Source of the DNA: Candidatus Falkowbacteria bacterium RIFOXYA2_FULL_47_19
Lineage (GTDB): Bacteria; Patescibacteriota; Patescibacteriia; Patescibacteriales; UBA12075
Length of the DNA stretch: 64,000 nt
Reading direction: 5' to 3'
Assembly: GCA_001780275.1 (NCBI GenBank)
Contig: MFGB01000016.1
Coordinates: 92,161-156,160, forward strand
Below the pieces are notes generated by a model, which was given only the letters and a program-made list of their open reading frames with translations, did no database searches and was not told where the DNA came from. The translations under genes were made by a program, and so were the position numbers. Positions 8,133 to 18,176 of this stretch are shown in pieces; position 1 is the stretch's first letter, and every line of letters begins with the position of its first letter.

Positions 8133-11100
8133 TCAATGAGTCTTCTCGTGGTCTTTCCGGCAGAGGGCGACGAACATGATCGGAACGATATACAGGGTCA
8201 GGATCGTAGAGGCGACCAGGCCGAAAGACAAAGACAGGGAAAAGCCGCGCCAAAGTTCATTGGACCAAATTAGAGGGAAGACGCCGGCTATGGTGGTCAG
8301 GGAGGTAAGAAAAATCGGTTGCATGCGGGAGATGCCGGCCTCGACGATCGCTTCGGCAAGTTCAAGTCCGTCTTCGATATTCTTGTTTATACGATCAATA
8401 AGGACGATCGCGTCGTTGACGACGATGCCGGCCAAGGACACGATGCCGATAAAGGCCAGGAAAGAGAAGGGTTGGCCGAAAACGAGGAGGCCGAAGACCA
8501 CCCCGACAATAGCCAGGGGCAGGGAAAATAGGATTATGAACGGCTGTTTAAAGGAATTAAACTGCAGGACCAGGATAAAGGCGATAAGGATTACGGCCAA
8601 TCCCAGGGACATGAAAGTTTCCCGGAAAGATTTTTCGATGTCTTCGACCTCACCCCCGACCTTGATCGAAAAATTCGGCGGCAGTTCGATTGACGTTCTT
8701 TTCTTTTCGAAGTCGTCAAGGATCTTCTGGAGATTGGCGCCCTCCTTTATGTCAGCGCTGACGGCCGCGTATTTCGCTCCGTCCCGGTGCTGGATAGAGA
8801 GAAGGGCCGGGTTAAAACTGACGCTGGCGACATCTTTCACGGCGATGTATCCACGCGGAGATGGCAGGAGCACTTTTTCAAGATCGTCGACGCCTTTGAA
8901 TTCGTTTTGGTCGTATTTTACCGTTATATCGACATCATCGCCCTCAAGGTTTATCTCGGTCGCGGCATTGCCGAAAAGGCTGGTCCGCAAGGTGGAGGCG
9001 ACGGTAACCATATCAAGGCCGTAATAATCGGCTTTTTGCCTGTCGATCTCGAAAGTGAATTCACCGGCGGCGTCCTCGATATTATCCTTGACATTGAAAA
9101 TATCCGGATTGCCCGCCAATATTTTTTTGATTTTGCCGGCTGTGTCCGTCAAGCCTTCGAGTGTATCCCCGAAGATCCGCACTTCGATCGGGGCGCCGGT
9201 CGGCGGTCCGGCCGAAAGTTCTTCCACGGTAACCTCACCTCCCTGAATCGCGGTAATTTCACCGCGGATCGAATCGGCGATCTCGTAGCTTTTCCGGTCG
9301 CGCAAATCTTTCTCGACCAGGTTTACGGTTATGCCGCCTAAGTTTTCACCCGCTTTTCCGCCCTCGCCCGGATTAACGGATTGGCTCTGGCCGATGTTAA
9401 CGACGTAATTGTCCATCTCCGGGATGGCATTGACGATTTTTTCTGCTTCCCGGACGACCGGACGCGTCAAAGCTAGGGTGGAACCGGCCGGCAATTTTAC
9501 GCTGACAAGGAAATAATCGAGATCGACCTTAGGGAACATTTCGATTTTCATGAAACCGGCGGCCGGTATGCCGACGGCTATGAGAAAAGCCGCGGCGGCG
9601 ATAGCGAGAGAGAGGCGCCTTTTCGCCTTGCTTATAAGCACGCCCTGAAGAAATGGCCCGTAAAAGCCGTGGATCTTAAAAAACAGACCGTCGAAAAAAC
9701 GGTGCCGTTTTTTATTCCGATGGGATCCGTCCGCCGTTTTGATCTTTATGAAGCGGGCGGCTAAAACCGGCACGACGACCAAGGCTACGAAAAGCGAGGA
9801 AATAAGCGTCACGGTGATCGTTTTGGGCAAGACCGAAATATATTGTCCGAGAATGCCGGAAACCAGGAGCATGGGCAGGAAAGCCGCCACAGTCGTCATG
9901 GTTCCGGAAGTGATAGCCCATTTAAAATTCCAGACCGACAGAAGCGCGGCCTCCGCGACGGTTTTTTTATGGCGGGTAACGTATTCGTTGATGCCCTCGA
10001 TGATGACGATCGAGTTATCGACCATAAGACCCAAAGAAAGAACGAGGGAAAAAAGCACCATCGAATTAAGGGTCAGGCCTTCGAGTTTCAGGAACATGAA
10101 AGCCATAAGAAAGGCCATCGGTACGGATAAAGCCGTGATGACCGCTCCGCGGAAGCTTAAGACCAGCATCAGGATTAAGGTTATAAGTATCATGGTCTGA
10201 ATGCCGTTAGCTCCCAAGGTGTTCAAATCTTCTTTGATGAAGACGGAATTGTCGTTGGTTTTCTGAATCTTGAGATCGGACGGCAGAACGCCCTTGGCGT
10301 AAAGATCATCGATTTCTTCGCGGGTATTGTCGACAATATCAAGGATATTGCCCCCGGTCCGCTTATAGACCAAGAGCGAAACAGTATCTTCGGCCGGCAC
10401 GTCCCGGAAGCCGATTTTCGATTCGGTTTTTTTGTCTTTGAACGCATCTTCGATCCGTCCGAGATCCTTAAGGAAGACCGGGGAGCCGTCTTGAGTGGCG
10501 ACGACTATATCATAAAGATCGGTAACGCTTTTGAAACGCCCCTTTACCCGGACGTCATAGTTGAAATCATCAATGCCTATATTGCCCGCCGGAAGGCTCA
10601 CGTTGGCGCGGCCGACGGCCGCCACCACCTGTCCTAACGATAGTCCGTAGTTCGACAGTTTCGTCTGGTCGACCGCTATCCGGAATTCCCGGGTAAGGCC
10701 GCCGGAGACGACGACTTTCGATACGTCCTTGACGTTCTCCAAAGCCTCTTCAAGGTCGTCGGCGATTTTTTTTAAAGCGACTTCGTCATACTGAGCTCCG
10801 ACCAGGGAATAGGTCACGATCGGCATATCAGTGAAGTTTATCTCCGTTACGATCGGCGTTTCCGCGTCCGTCGGCAGTTCCGCTTCGGCATTGTTGGCCG
10901 CCTCCCTAAGCTTGCGGAAACTTTCATCCAGATCGGCTTCGGCTTCGTATTCCACGAAAACGCTCGATACGCCTTGTCCGGAAGTAGAGCTGTATAATTT
11001 GACGTTTTCCAGGTTCTTTATCTCATCTTCTATTTTTCTGGTCACGAGTTCTTCGATATCGACCGGGTTGGCGCCGGGATAAATCGTCGTCACGACGGCG

Positions 11101-11309
11101 TAGGGGATGCGGATTTCGGGTTCCGCCTCTCTCGGCAAGGTGAACATCGCGAAAACGCCGGCTAAGACCAGGCCCGATATCACCAGATAGGTAATACGGT
11201 AATTGATGATCAGAAAGCCCAAAACCGACCGCTTGGTGTCATTAACGGCCGCGTCCAGCTTTTTTGTTTGCCTCTGTTTATGTTCTTCGTTATTTACTGC
11301 TGATTCCAT
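8133..11309 (-). CDS. RND efflux permease (AcrB/AcrD/AcrF family)
   Basis: 1058 aa; YPGANP..IEE.VT..IE, GLMVDNSIVIIE, GIVVNDAIVLID, RMQPIFLTSLTTIAG. Confidence 0.95.
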   Translation of the reverse strand: MESAVNNEEHKQRQTKKLDAAVNDTKRSVLGFLIINYRITYLVISGLVLAGVFAMFTLPREAEPEIRIPYAVVTTIYPGANPVDIEELVTRKIEDEIKNLENVKLYSSTSGQGVSSVFVEYEAEADLDESFRKLREAANNAEAELPTDAETPIVTEINFTDMPIVTYSLVGAQYDEVALKKIADDLEEALENVKDVSKVVVSGGLTREFRIAVDQTKLSNYGLSLGQVVAAVGRANVSLPAGNIGIDDFNYDVRVKGRFKSVTDLYDIVVATQDGSPVFLKDLGRIEDAFKDKKTESKIGFRDVPAEDTVSLLVYKRTGGNILDIVDNTREEIDDLYAKGVLPSDLKIQKTNDNSVFIKEDLNTLGANGIQTMILITLILMLVLSFRGAVITALSVPMAFLMAFMFLKLEGLTLNSMVLFSLVLSLGLMVDNSIVIIEGINEYVTRHKKTVAEAALLSVWNFKWAITSGTMTTVAAFLPMLLVSGILGQYISVLPKTITVTLISSLFVALVVVPVLAARFIKIKTADGSHRNKKRHRFFDGLFFKIHGFYGPFLQGVLISKAKRRLSLAIAAAAFLIAVGIPAAGFMKIEMFPKVDLDYFLVSVKLPAGSTLALTRPVVREAEKIVNAIPEMDNYVVNIGQSQSVNPGEGGKAGENLGGITVNLVEKDLRDRKSYEIADSIRGEITAIQGGEVTVEELSAGPPTGAPIEVRIFGDTLEGLTDTAGKIKKILAGNPDIFNVKDNIEDAAGEFTFEIDRQKADYYGLDMVTVASTLRTSLFGNAATEINLEGDDVDITVKYDQNEFKGVDDLEKVLLPSPRGYIAVKDVASVSFNPALLSIQHRDGAKYAAVSADIKEGANLQKILDDFEKKRTSIELPPNFSIKVGGEVEDIEKSFRETFMSLGLAVILIAFILVLQFNSFKQPFIILFSLPLAIVGVVFGLLVFGQPFSFLAFIGIVSLAGIVVNDAIVLIDRINKNIEDGLELAEAIVEAGISRMQPIFLTSLTTIAGVFPLIWSNELWRGFSLSLSFGLVASTILTLYIVPIMFVALCRKDHEKTH

Positions 11310-11388
11310 GTTTGAGTTGAATTTTTTAATTAAATGACAATTTCCGATCCGAATAAATCCGGATACCCCGAAAAATAATGCGTAAGAC

Positions 11389-13197
11389 TTAATCTGTTAT
11401 CTTCACTTCGTCGCCGTCAATAAGATTCTTGGCGCCGTCAACGGCCAGCGTATCCCCCCGATTAAGACCGCTTAAAACTTCTATAAACTCTGCTTCGGTT
11501 TTTCCCAGAATAACAGGTGTTTTTACGGCCCGATCATCCTTAATTACGAACACATAGCTTTCCGTTTGGGTTACGGTAACTGTTTTTAACGGTACGTAAA
11601 TCGATTCCGCGCCGGTTTTGACGGGAATAACTATGTCAACAAAGGTTTCCTGGATAAGTTCCCCGTTCTTATTGTCGAACACGATTTCCAGCTTCACTTT
11701 CCGGGTAACGGGGTCGGCGGCCGGGTCGATTGACGAGACGACCGCCTTAAGTTCGTTGCCGATGATCGCTTCCTGGCCGATCGCGATCCGATAGATATCT
11801 TCGGAGGGCAGGCTGGTTTCTATTTTCATCATCTCGGCCTGGCTGATCTGGGCGATCGGTTGTCCGGGATTCATTTCCGCGCCGATATCGACATACTTAG
11901 CGGTAATAACGCCGGAAATAGGAGCTTTTACGGAGAGATCTCCGGCCGCTACCCGAGCGAGATTAAGCTGGCTGCGGGCCCCATCCAGGGCGGTTTGGGC
12001 GGAAAGAACCTGATTTTCGGATAAAAGGCGCGCGTTTTCCTCTCCGACAAGCGAGTTGCTGAAGGCGGTTTTGGCGGAAGTCAGGCGGTTATTGGCGGTA
12101 TTAAGAGCGCTCACTAAAGCGTCCCGTTCCTGCGTATTGATGAGGCTGAGGTTTTCCAGGGCCTGTCTGGTGGCGCCGGCGGCGGTCTGAGCACCGACGA
12201 TATTCGCCCGCAGGCCGGAAAAGCTGTTTTTCTGGGCCGCCAAAGCGCTGTCGGGAAATTCCGCGCTTGTGATCGTATTGTCGAGGACGGCTATGGTGCC
12301 GTCAACAAGCTGTTTCGTCAAAGCCAGAGCGTCCGAAAGCGCGGCCATTGCGGAAGTGATCGTGTCTTCGGCGGGGGACAGATCGTTTAAAGACAGGTAA
12401 GATTTTTTAAGTTTCAAATAGTCTTGTTTTGCCGCGCTTAAGCTGGACATATCTTTGACGCCGAGAATATTCTCGACTCCCGGCAGCTGAAGACTGCCTT
12501 CCGCCTTGATCAGATAATTAACCTGGTCGAGAGCGCTCCAGATAGTGTTTAGGTGGCCGTTAAAGGCGATAACGGCGTTATGTTTAGTGTCTTCATCGCC
12601 CTTCCCTCTTAGCGCGTCATAGTTTAAAAGGTTGTTGTTGGCGGCTTCTGCCGCGATCTCCGCCGCCGCCACCCCCTCTCTGGCCGTATCCACCCCGAGG
12701 CTTGCCTGGCGAAGGCTTTGCTCGGTCATGCTTCGACTTAAGATCAGGCTGCTTTGGAGATTCGCGAAATTATTTTCGGCATTGATCAGGTTCGTTAGGA
12801 CGGTATTGTCGTTAAGCGAAGCCAGGATACCCCCGGCGAATACCCGGTCCCCGACCGCAAAAGTCAGATTTTTTATCGTTCCGCCCGCCAACGCGACCAC
12901 GTCTATTTTTGAATCGGCCTTTACGGTTCCGACGGCTTTGATGGCTGTGCGATTTTCCCTATCCAGGGTCATGGTTTTAATTTCCTTTGCCCGTGGATCA
13001 GTAAGGGGCTCTTCCGGTTCGCTTTGTTTTCCGTATTTTGCGGCCGCCCAGATCCCTCCCAATATCAAAAAAAGCAGTAAAGCGGCCGCAATCGAAAAAC
13101 GGCGCCTGGGCCGGAGTAATTTTTTTATTTTATCTCCGAGTTTAGGGCGGGGGACGATCGTGTCAGCAACCGCCGCAATTGAATTCTTCAAGCTCAT
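11389..13197 (-). CDS. RND periplasmic adaptor (membrane fusion protein) with long coiled-coil hairpin
   Basis: TM anchor, lipoyl halves (GGTIKNLTFAVGDRV; VKAPISGVI), IEVLSGLNRGD. ATG 13197 preferred over TTG 13242. Confidence 0.88.
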   Translation of the reverse strand: MSLKNSIAAVADTIVPRPKLGDKIKKLLRPRRRFSIAAALLLFLILGGIWAAAKYGKQSEPEEPLTDPRAKEIKTMTLDRENRTAIKAVGTVKADSKIDVVALAGGTIKNLTFAVGDRVFAGGILASLNDNTVLTNLINAENNFANLQSSLILSRSMTEQSLRQASLGVDTAREGVAAAEIAAEAANNNLLNYDALRGKGDEDTKHNAVIAFNGHLNTIWSALDQVNYLIKAEGSLQLPGVENILGVKDMSSLSAAKQDYLKLKKSYLSLNDLSPAEDTITSAMAALSDALALTKQLVDGTIAVLDNTITSAEFPDSALAAQKNSFSGLRANIVGAQTAAGATRQALENLSLINTQERDALVSALNTANNRLTSAKTAFSNSLVGEENARLLSENQVLSAQTALDGARSQLNLARVAAGDLSVKAPISGVITAKYVDIGAEMNPGQPIAQISQAEMMKIETSLPSEDIYRIAIGQEAIIGNELKAVVSSIDPAADPVTRKVKLEIVFDNKNGELIQETFVDIVIPVKTGAESIYVPLKTVTVTQTESYVFVIKDDRAVKTPVILGKTEAEFIEVLSGLNRGDTLAVDGAKNLIDGDEVKITD

Positions 13198-13396
13198 AAT
13201 GTTGCTTATAAAAAAGTCAGCTAATTCCGTTTTAACTGACAAAAATTAATGAAAAATTAACTTAAACCGATTAAAGGTATTTTTTGGATACTCATGCTAT
13301 TTAATCATACATATTAGCTAAAGTCAAGTGTATGTTTTTTTTGGAGTTTACTAATCCGCGGAATTATTGTAAAATAATTATATACCCATAAAACCG

Positions 13397-14536
13397 ATGA
13401 TAAATTTTATTTTAAAATTATCCGATAAGATCCTTTTGACGGTCTTCCTGTTCGCAACCGGTTTGATCCTGTCAGTCGTTTTTTTTATAGGCGGATTGCC
13501 GGAGCAGATATTGATATTGGGCGAGCTTATATATATTTTCGTGTTTTTAGTGACCCTTACGATCAGCCGTACCCTGACGAAGCGCCTTCGGAGCCTGACA
13601 TTCGAAGTGGAGGAGATGGCGGCCGGAAACCTTTCCAAAAGGCTGCCGGTAGATAATAAAGACGAGATCGGCCAGCTGACAAGCGCGTTAAACGAGCTTT
13701 TAGTGAGACTCCAGACCGGCGTAGCGCAGGATGTCACTAAACACCGGGAAATCGCGCAAGCCAAAACGGACTTCGTGGCGATCGCCTCGCACCAGCTTCG
13801 CACCCCGCTTTCGATCGTAAAATGGTACGTTGATTATGTCGTTTCCGGCGACGCCGGCGAACTCAACCCCGAGCAAACTAAATATCTGCGGGAAGTTTAT
13901 CGGAGCAACGAACGCCTGATCGACCTGGTTAACGCGCTTTTGGATGTTTCCCGCATTGATCTGGGGACTTTTTCGATCGAACCGGAACCGACCGATCTGA
14001 TCGGCCGGGCGGAGAGCGCGCTTAAGAAATTCCTGCCCGAAATTGAATCGAAAAAGATCAATCTGGAAAAGGAGTATGACAGCCTGCCGGAAATAAATTT
14101 AGATCCGCGATTGACCAAGATCGTTTTCGAGAATATCCTCTCGAATGCCGTCAAATATACGCCGGAGAACGGAACTATCCGCGTAGCGATCAAAAAGACC
14201 GAGCATCAGGCGCTTATAAAGATCTCCGATACGGGCTGCGGCATTCCCCGGTCGGAACAGCCGAAGATCTTCACGAAACTTTTCCGGGCGGAAAACGCGA
14301 AGAAAATGGAGTCGGCCGGCACCGGCCTCGGGCTTTATATCTCCAAGGCGGTCATCGAAAAATCCGGAGGGAAGATATGGTTCCAGTCGCCCAGCCTCGA
14401 GCTCCTGCTCAATAAGCCGAATCCGTCGCGCCCGATCGACCAGGAGAATAAAGGCACTACTTTTTTCATTACCATACCTCTTCGGGGTATGAAAAAGAAG
14501 GTCGGGATCAAGAAATTAATGAGCGTGGAAAGATAA
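13397..14536 (+). CDS. HAMP-domain sensor histidine kinase
   Basis: Two TMs, HAMP (DEIGQL), H-box ASHQLRTPL, NAVKY, DTGCGI, GTGLGL. Confidence 0.95.
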   Translation: MINFILKLSDKILLTVFLFATGLILSVVFFIGGLPEQILILGELIYIFVFLVTLTISRTLTKRLRSLTFEVEEMAAGNLSKRLPVDNKDEIGQLTSALNELLVRLQTGVAQDVTKHREIAQAKTDFVAIASHQLRTPLSIVKWYVDYVVSGDAGELNPEQTKYLREVYRSNERLIDLVNALLDVSRIDLGTFSIEPEPTDLIGRAESALKKFLPEIESKKINLEKEYDSLPEINLDPRLTKIVFENILSNAVKYTPENGTIRVAIKKTEHQALIKISDTGCGIPRSEQPKIFTKLFRAENAKKMESAGTGLGLYISKAVIEKSGGKIWFQSPSLELLLNKPNPSRPIDQENKGTTFFITIPLRGMKKKVGIKKLMSVER

Positions 14537-14568
14537 CCGATCACTAGAAATTTAAATCATAAAACAAT

Positions 14569-14961
14569 ATGGACAAAAAAAGACACATTCTAATCGTAGA
14601 GGACGAAGCGGCTATGCTGGCGGCTTTGACGGATAAATTCGAAGCCGCCGGATATGAAGTATCCCAGGCTTGCGACGGAGAAGAGGGTTATAAGGCGGCA
14701 ATGGAAAAAAAGCCGGACATAATGCTCCTGGACGTGATCATGCCGAAAATGGATGGCATCTCTCTCTTGAAAAAGATCAGGGGGGACGTGAAGTGGGGAG
14801 GCTCCGTGCCCATTATTATGCTTACAAATTTAAGCGATCCGACCAACGTTTCGGAGGCGGCCAGATACCAGGTGTATGATTTTCTGGTTAAAACCGATTG
14901 GCGCCTGGATGACGTGGTAAAGTTGGCGGATGAAAAAATCATCCTTGACAAAAACGATTAA
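14569..14961 (+). CDS. Single-domain response regulator (receiver)
   Basis: LIVEDE, LLDVIMPKMDG, IMLTN, FLVK. Confidence 0.93.
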   Translation: MDKKRHILIVEDEAAMLAALTDKFEAAGYEVSQACDGEEGYKAAMEKKPDIMLLDVIMPKMDGISLLKKIRGDVKWGGSVPIIMLTNLSDPTNVSEAARYQVYDFLVKTDWRLDDVVKLADEKIILDKND

Positions 14962-14973
14962 TCTGCTTATAAT
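14945..14973 (+). promoter_or_regulatory. Perfect consensus sigma70 promoter
   Basis: TTGACA-N17-TATAAT. Confidence 0.85.
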
Positions 14974-15081
14974 GTCCGAGTGGTATTATATTTTTAGAAT
15001 AATGAAATTCATAATTTCTTCATTAAATTAATCTGTAGTAACAGTAAAGGCCTTGCCCCTCTGTTGCCAGAAGCGTAAACT

Positions 15082-15183
15082 ATGATTTTTGATCCTGAAA
15101 AAGCCGGAATAAGCTTTCTTAAGATTTTCGTTATCCAATTCGTGGCGATAGGCATAATCGTCGGGCTTTTGATACTAATATAA
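15082..15183 (+). CDS. Small 33-aa hydrophobic peptide (not in ORF track)
   Basis: MIFDPEKAGISFLKIFVIQFVAIGIIVGLLILI*. Downstream of the consensus promoter and followed by an AATGCGGACTG/CGGTTCGCATT hairpin with T run. Confidence 0.55.
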   Translation: MIFDPEKAGISFLKIFVIQFVAIGIIVGLLILI

Positions 15184-15266
15184 CCGGTAACCTGATATAA
15201 TAAATGCGGACTGGCCGTAGCTTATAGGGGAGCGGTTCGCATTATTTTTATTTAAAGAACGATTTT

Positions 15267-15806
15267 ATGGATATCAAGAGATTTGTTGTCGGAGAAATCG
15301 CGACTAATTGCTATCTCGTAAGTTCCGCCGGGGAAGCGGCAGTGATCGATCCGGGGGATAACGGCGAATTGATCTTGGAAGAAATAAAAAAAGCGCGCGT
15401 AAAACTCGTTTATGTAATAAATACCCATGGCCACTTCGATCATGTTTTGGCGGACGAGTACCTTAAGAAAGCCACTGGCGCGAAAATTCTTATACATGAA
15501 GCGGAAAAGATCCTTATAGATTTTCCGGCGGACCGATATCTTTCCGACGGCGACGTTATCGTGATCGGGGGTGTTGAATTAAAGGTTCTTCATACTCCCG
15601 GCCATACGCCCGGAGGAATCTGCCTCCTGGGAGACGGTTTTATTTTTACGGGAGATACTCTGTTCCTTAACGGCATCGGACGGACGGATTTTGAATGGAG
15701 CTCAGAGACCGATATGGAAGCGTCTTTAAAGCGCTTGGGGGATATTATAAAACCGGGTATGGCGATTTATCCGGGGCACGGGGATTGTGCGATGTTTAAA
15801 AGATGA
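15267..15806 (+). CDS. MBL-fold metallo-hydrolase (glyoxalase II-like)
   Basis: THGHFDH, HTPGHTPG, FTGDTLF, YPGHG. Confidence 0.92.
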   Translation: MDIKRFVVGEIATNCYLVSSAGEAAVIDPGDNGELILEEIKKARVKLVYVINTHGHFDHVLADEYLKKATGAKILIHEAEKILIDFPADRYLSDGDVIVIGGVELKVLHTPGHTPGGICLLGDGFIFTGDTLFLNGIGRTDFEWSSETDMEASLKRLGDIIKPGMAIYPGHGDCAMFKR

Positions 15807-15921
15807 TCCGTTAGGGCCATAGCCGCTACGGAAGAATAAAATCAAAGCAGACTATTATAGTCTGTTTTTTATTATCCAAAACCGTTTTTGGTACTCTAAT
15901 ATTCGGGATTGATCACGCGGA

Positions 15922-15948
15922 CGTAACAAAGCTCCGGCGGATTTGTAT
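15922..15948 (+). promoter_or_regulatory. Putative ECF sigma promoter
   Basis: CGTAACAAA...TTTGTAT (GTAAC-N16-TGTAT); same motif and spacing as 17615-17641. Confidence 0.6.
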
Positions 15949-16025
15949 TATATTACGGCGCGTATTTTTTGCGAAAGCGCCGATATTAATTATTAAAGCG
16001 CCTGGAGCGCGATTTTTAAAAAACT

Positions 16026-17465
16026 ATGAACAAAATCCTATCCATCTTTAAAAGGAAAGATCTTTTAAAGGTTCTTCTCGTCGGCGTCGGCATTCTGGCC
16101 GGCGGCGGATTTTTTTATGCCGTAAAGGCCGATCAGATCCAATATACCTATTATTCCGATGCGGACGGCGATGGCTATGGAGTTACCTCAACCACCACCT
16201 TGGCCACGGAACCGCCCGCCGGCTATGCCCGTAACGGCGGCGATTGCGCCGATACCGTAGCCGCGATAAATCCCGGCGCGGCCGAAGTCTGCGACAATAT
16301 CGACAACGATTGCGACGGATATGTGGATGAAAATGTCCTAATCACCTATTACCGCGATTTTGACGGCGACGGTTACGGATTAACCTCGAGCACCACCCAG
16401 GCCTGCTCCGTTCCGTCCGGATATGCAACGAATCAAACGGATTGCAACGACAGCAATGCGGATATAAAACCGGGCGCGGCCGAAGCCTGCGACAATATCG
16501 ATAACGACTGCGACGGTTCGATCGACGAGAACTGCGATCTTAATACTTACTACCGGGATGCCGATAACGATACGTACGGCAATCCCGGCCAGGCCACGAC
16601 AAGCTACGGCAGCGCGCCCTCAGGATACGTCAGTAATAATAATGATTGCAATGACACGAAAGCGAATATCCATCCGAACGCGGCCGAAGCCTGCGACAAT
16701 ATCGATAACGACTGCGACGGTTCGATCGACGAGTACTGTGCCAGTATGAAAACATACTACCGCGATGCCGATGGGGATACATACGGCAATCCTTCCGTCT
16801 CCACCACGAGCTTAGAGGCTCCCTCCGGATACGTGAACAACGATCGGGACTGCAACGATACCAAGGGCAGCATCAGGCCGGGCGTGAGAGAGATCTGCGA
16901 CGGCATCGATAATAACTGCGACGGAACGGTGGACGAGAACATGGCATCGCGTACTTATTATTTCGATAACGACGCCGACGGTTTCGGTGGTACCGCCACC
17001 ACCAGCGACTGCCGGCTTCCATTGGGATACGTAACGAACAATAAGGATTGCAACGATTCGAACCGTTTGATATACCCGGGAGCCGTTGAAGTCAAGGATA
17101 ACGTCGATAATGACTGCGACGGAAAAACCGACGAAGATGAAGCGGCGAACGCCTCGGAGATCTGCCCATATTTAGGCGATAACCGCCTCGGTACTTTCGT
17201 GAGCTGCGTGAATCATTACCTTAACAAACTCAAGGCGGAAGGCGAACTCGAGAATCCGGAGAAAGCCAGGATCTTAAAGGGATTGATCCAGAAGATCAAA
17301 GAGGTAATAAAGACGGAGAAAGTTGAAGATAAGGCCGAAAAAAAAGAGATAAAAAAGGAAATTAAGGATAAAAAAGAGGAAATAAGCGGGATAAGGGGAG
17401 GGATCAAGGATTTGAAAGAAAAATTTTCCGGCAGTTTTAAAAAGAAAGGGTCCTGCGGAGAATAG
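16026..17465 (+). CDS. Exported protein with five Cys/Asp-rich putative metal-binding (Cu-binding MopE-like) repeats
   Basis: N-terminal TM; five copies of YYxDxDxDxYG...DCND...PGAxExCDxIDNDCDGxxDE; Lys/Glu-rich tail. Confidence 0.85.
   Translation: MNKILSIFKRKDLLKVLLVGVGILAGGGFFYAVKADQIQYTYYSDADGDGYGVTSTTTLATEPPAGYARNGGDCADTVAAINPGAAEVCDNIDNDCDGYVDENVLITYYRDFDGDGYGLTSSTTQACSVPSGYATNQTDCNDSNADIKPGAAEACDNIDNDCDGSIDENCDLNTYYRDADNDTYGNPGQATTSYGSAPSGYVSNNNDCNDTKANIHPNAAEACDNIDNDCDGSIDEYCASMKTYYRDADGDTYGNPSVSTTSLEAPSGYVNNDRDCNDTKGSIRPGVREICDGIDNNCDGTVDENMASRTYYFDNDADGFGGTATTSDCRLPLGYVTNNKDCNDSNRLIYPGAVEVKDNVDNDCDGKTDEDEAANASEICPYLGDNRLGTFVSCVNHYLNKLKAEGELENPEKARILKGLIQKIKEVIKTEKVEDKAEKKEIKKEIKDKKEEISGIRGGIKDLKEKFSGSFKKKGSCGE
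16475..16733 (+). repeat. Identical 55-bp intragenic direct repeat
   Basis: CGCGGCCGAAGCCTGCGACAATATCGATAACGACTGCGACGGTTCGATCGACGAG at 16475-16529 and 16679-16733. Confidence 0.9.
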
Positions 17466-17484
17466 TCAGGCACCAGGGAAATAC

Positions 17485-17521
17485 AAAAGCGGTTTCGGCC
17501 TTCGGGACGGAATCGCTTTTG
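17485..17521 (+). terminator. Intrinsic terminator
   Basis: AAAAGCGGTTTC...GGAATCGCTTTT. Confidence 0.7.
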
Positions 17522-17614
17522 GCGTATTGATTTATCCTTAAAAACGAAGTAATATGGTCAAAAGCCATATACTCAATGCTTATTTAGCTGAATTAAAAAT
17601 AAATCCGAAATTTT

Positions 17615-17641
17615 CGTAACAAATTAGCGAATTTTTTGTAT
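17615..17641 (+). promoter_or_regulatory. Putative autoregulatory ECF promoter
   Basis: CGTAACAAATTAGCGAATTTTTTGTAT directly upstream of the sigma ATG at 17654. Confidence 0.6.
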
Positions 17642-17653
17642 AATAATAAGGAC

Positions 17654-18136
17654 ATGGCCGGAGATTTCTTAAACTATTACAACCAGTATAAAGACAAGAT
17701 CTTTAATTATTTTTGGTACCGTCTGGATTTTAATCGGGCGTTATCCGAAGATATGACCCAGGATGTATTCTTTAAAGCCCTGGATAAGTTCGATTCTTTC
17801 GATCCGGAACGCTCCTTCCAGGCCTGGATATTCCGGATAGCGAAAAATCACCTGATAAACCATTATCGCGTAGCGCGGCGGGAAACCGCATTGACCGAGG
17901 CGGAAAGCCGGACGATTGACGCCGTGGAGAAACTTAATATCGATCTTGAACTGGAAGACGTTTTCCGAGCGATCAATGTTCTTCCGGAAAAATTCAGGGA
18001 AGTCCTTAGCCTGCGCTACGCTGATTCGCTCGATAACGGTGAAATAGCGTCGATCCTGGAAATCTCCGAGGGGACCGTCCGGACCCGTATTTGTCGGGCG
18101 CTGGAAATTCTCCGCAAGTCTTTAAAAAACCGTTGA
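17654..18136 (+). CDS. ECF-family RNA polymerase sigma factor
   Basis: Region 2 (EDMTQDVFFKA, FQAWIFRIAKN) and region 4 (EIASILEISEGTVRTRICRA). ATG 17654 preferred over TTG 17636. Confidence 0.93.
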   Translation: MAGDFLNYYNQYKDKIFNYFWYRLDFNRALSEDMTQDVFFKALDKFDSFDPERSFQAWIFRIAKNHLINHYRVARRETALTEAESRTIDAVEKLNIDLELEDVFRAINVLPEKFREVLSLRYADSLDNGEIASILEISEGTVRTRICRALEILRKSLKNR

Positions 18137-18176
18137 TCATTGATCGTTTCCGGAGTTTCCGGTTGACTTTAAATTT

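Noticed and set aside
8176-13249. Long plus-strand ORFs (282, 184, 153, 205 aa) opposite the RND genes, and similar antisense ORFs elsewhere such as 57989-58879
   Set aside because: Shadow frames of well-supported genes with no recognisable motifs.
16140-17140. Regularly spaced DNA repeats resembling a CRISPR array
   Set aside because: They are in-frame protein repeats of about 200 bp with synonymous variation, and there are no cas genes.
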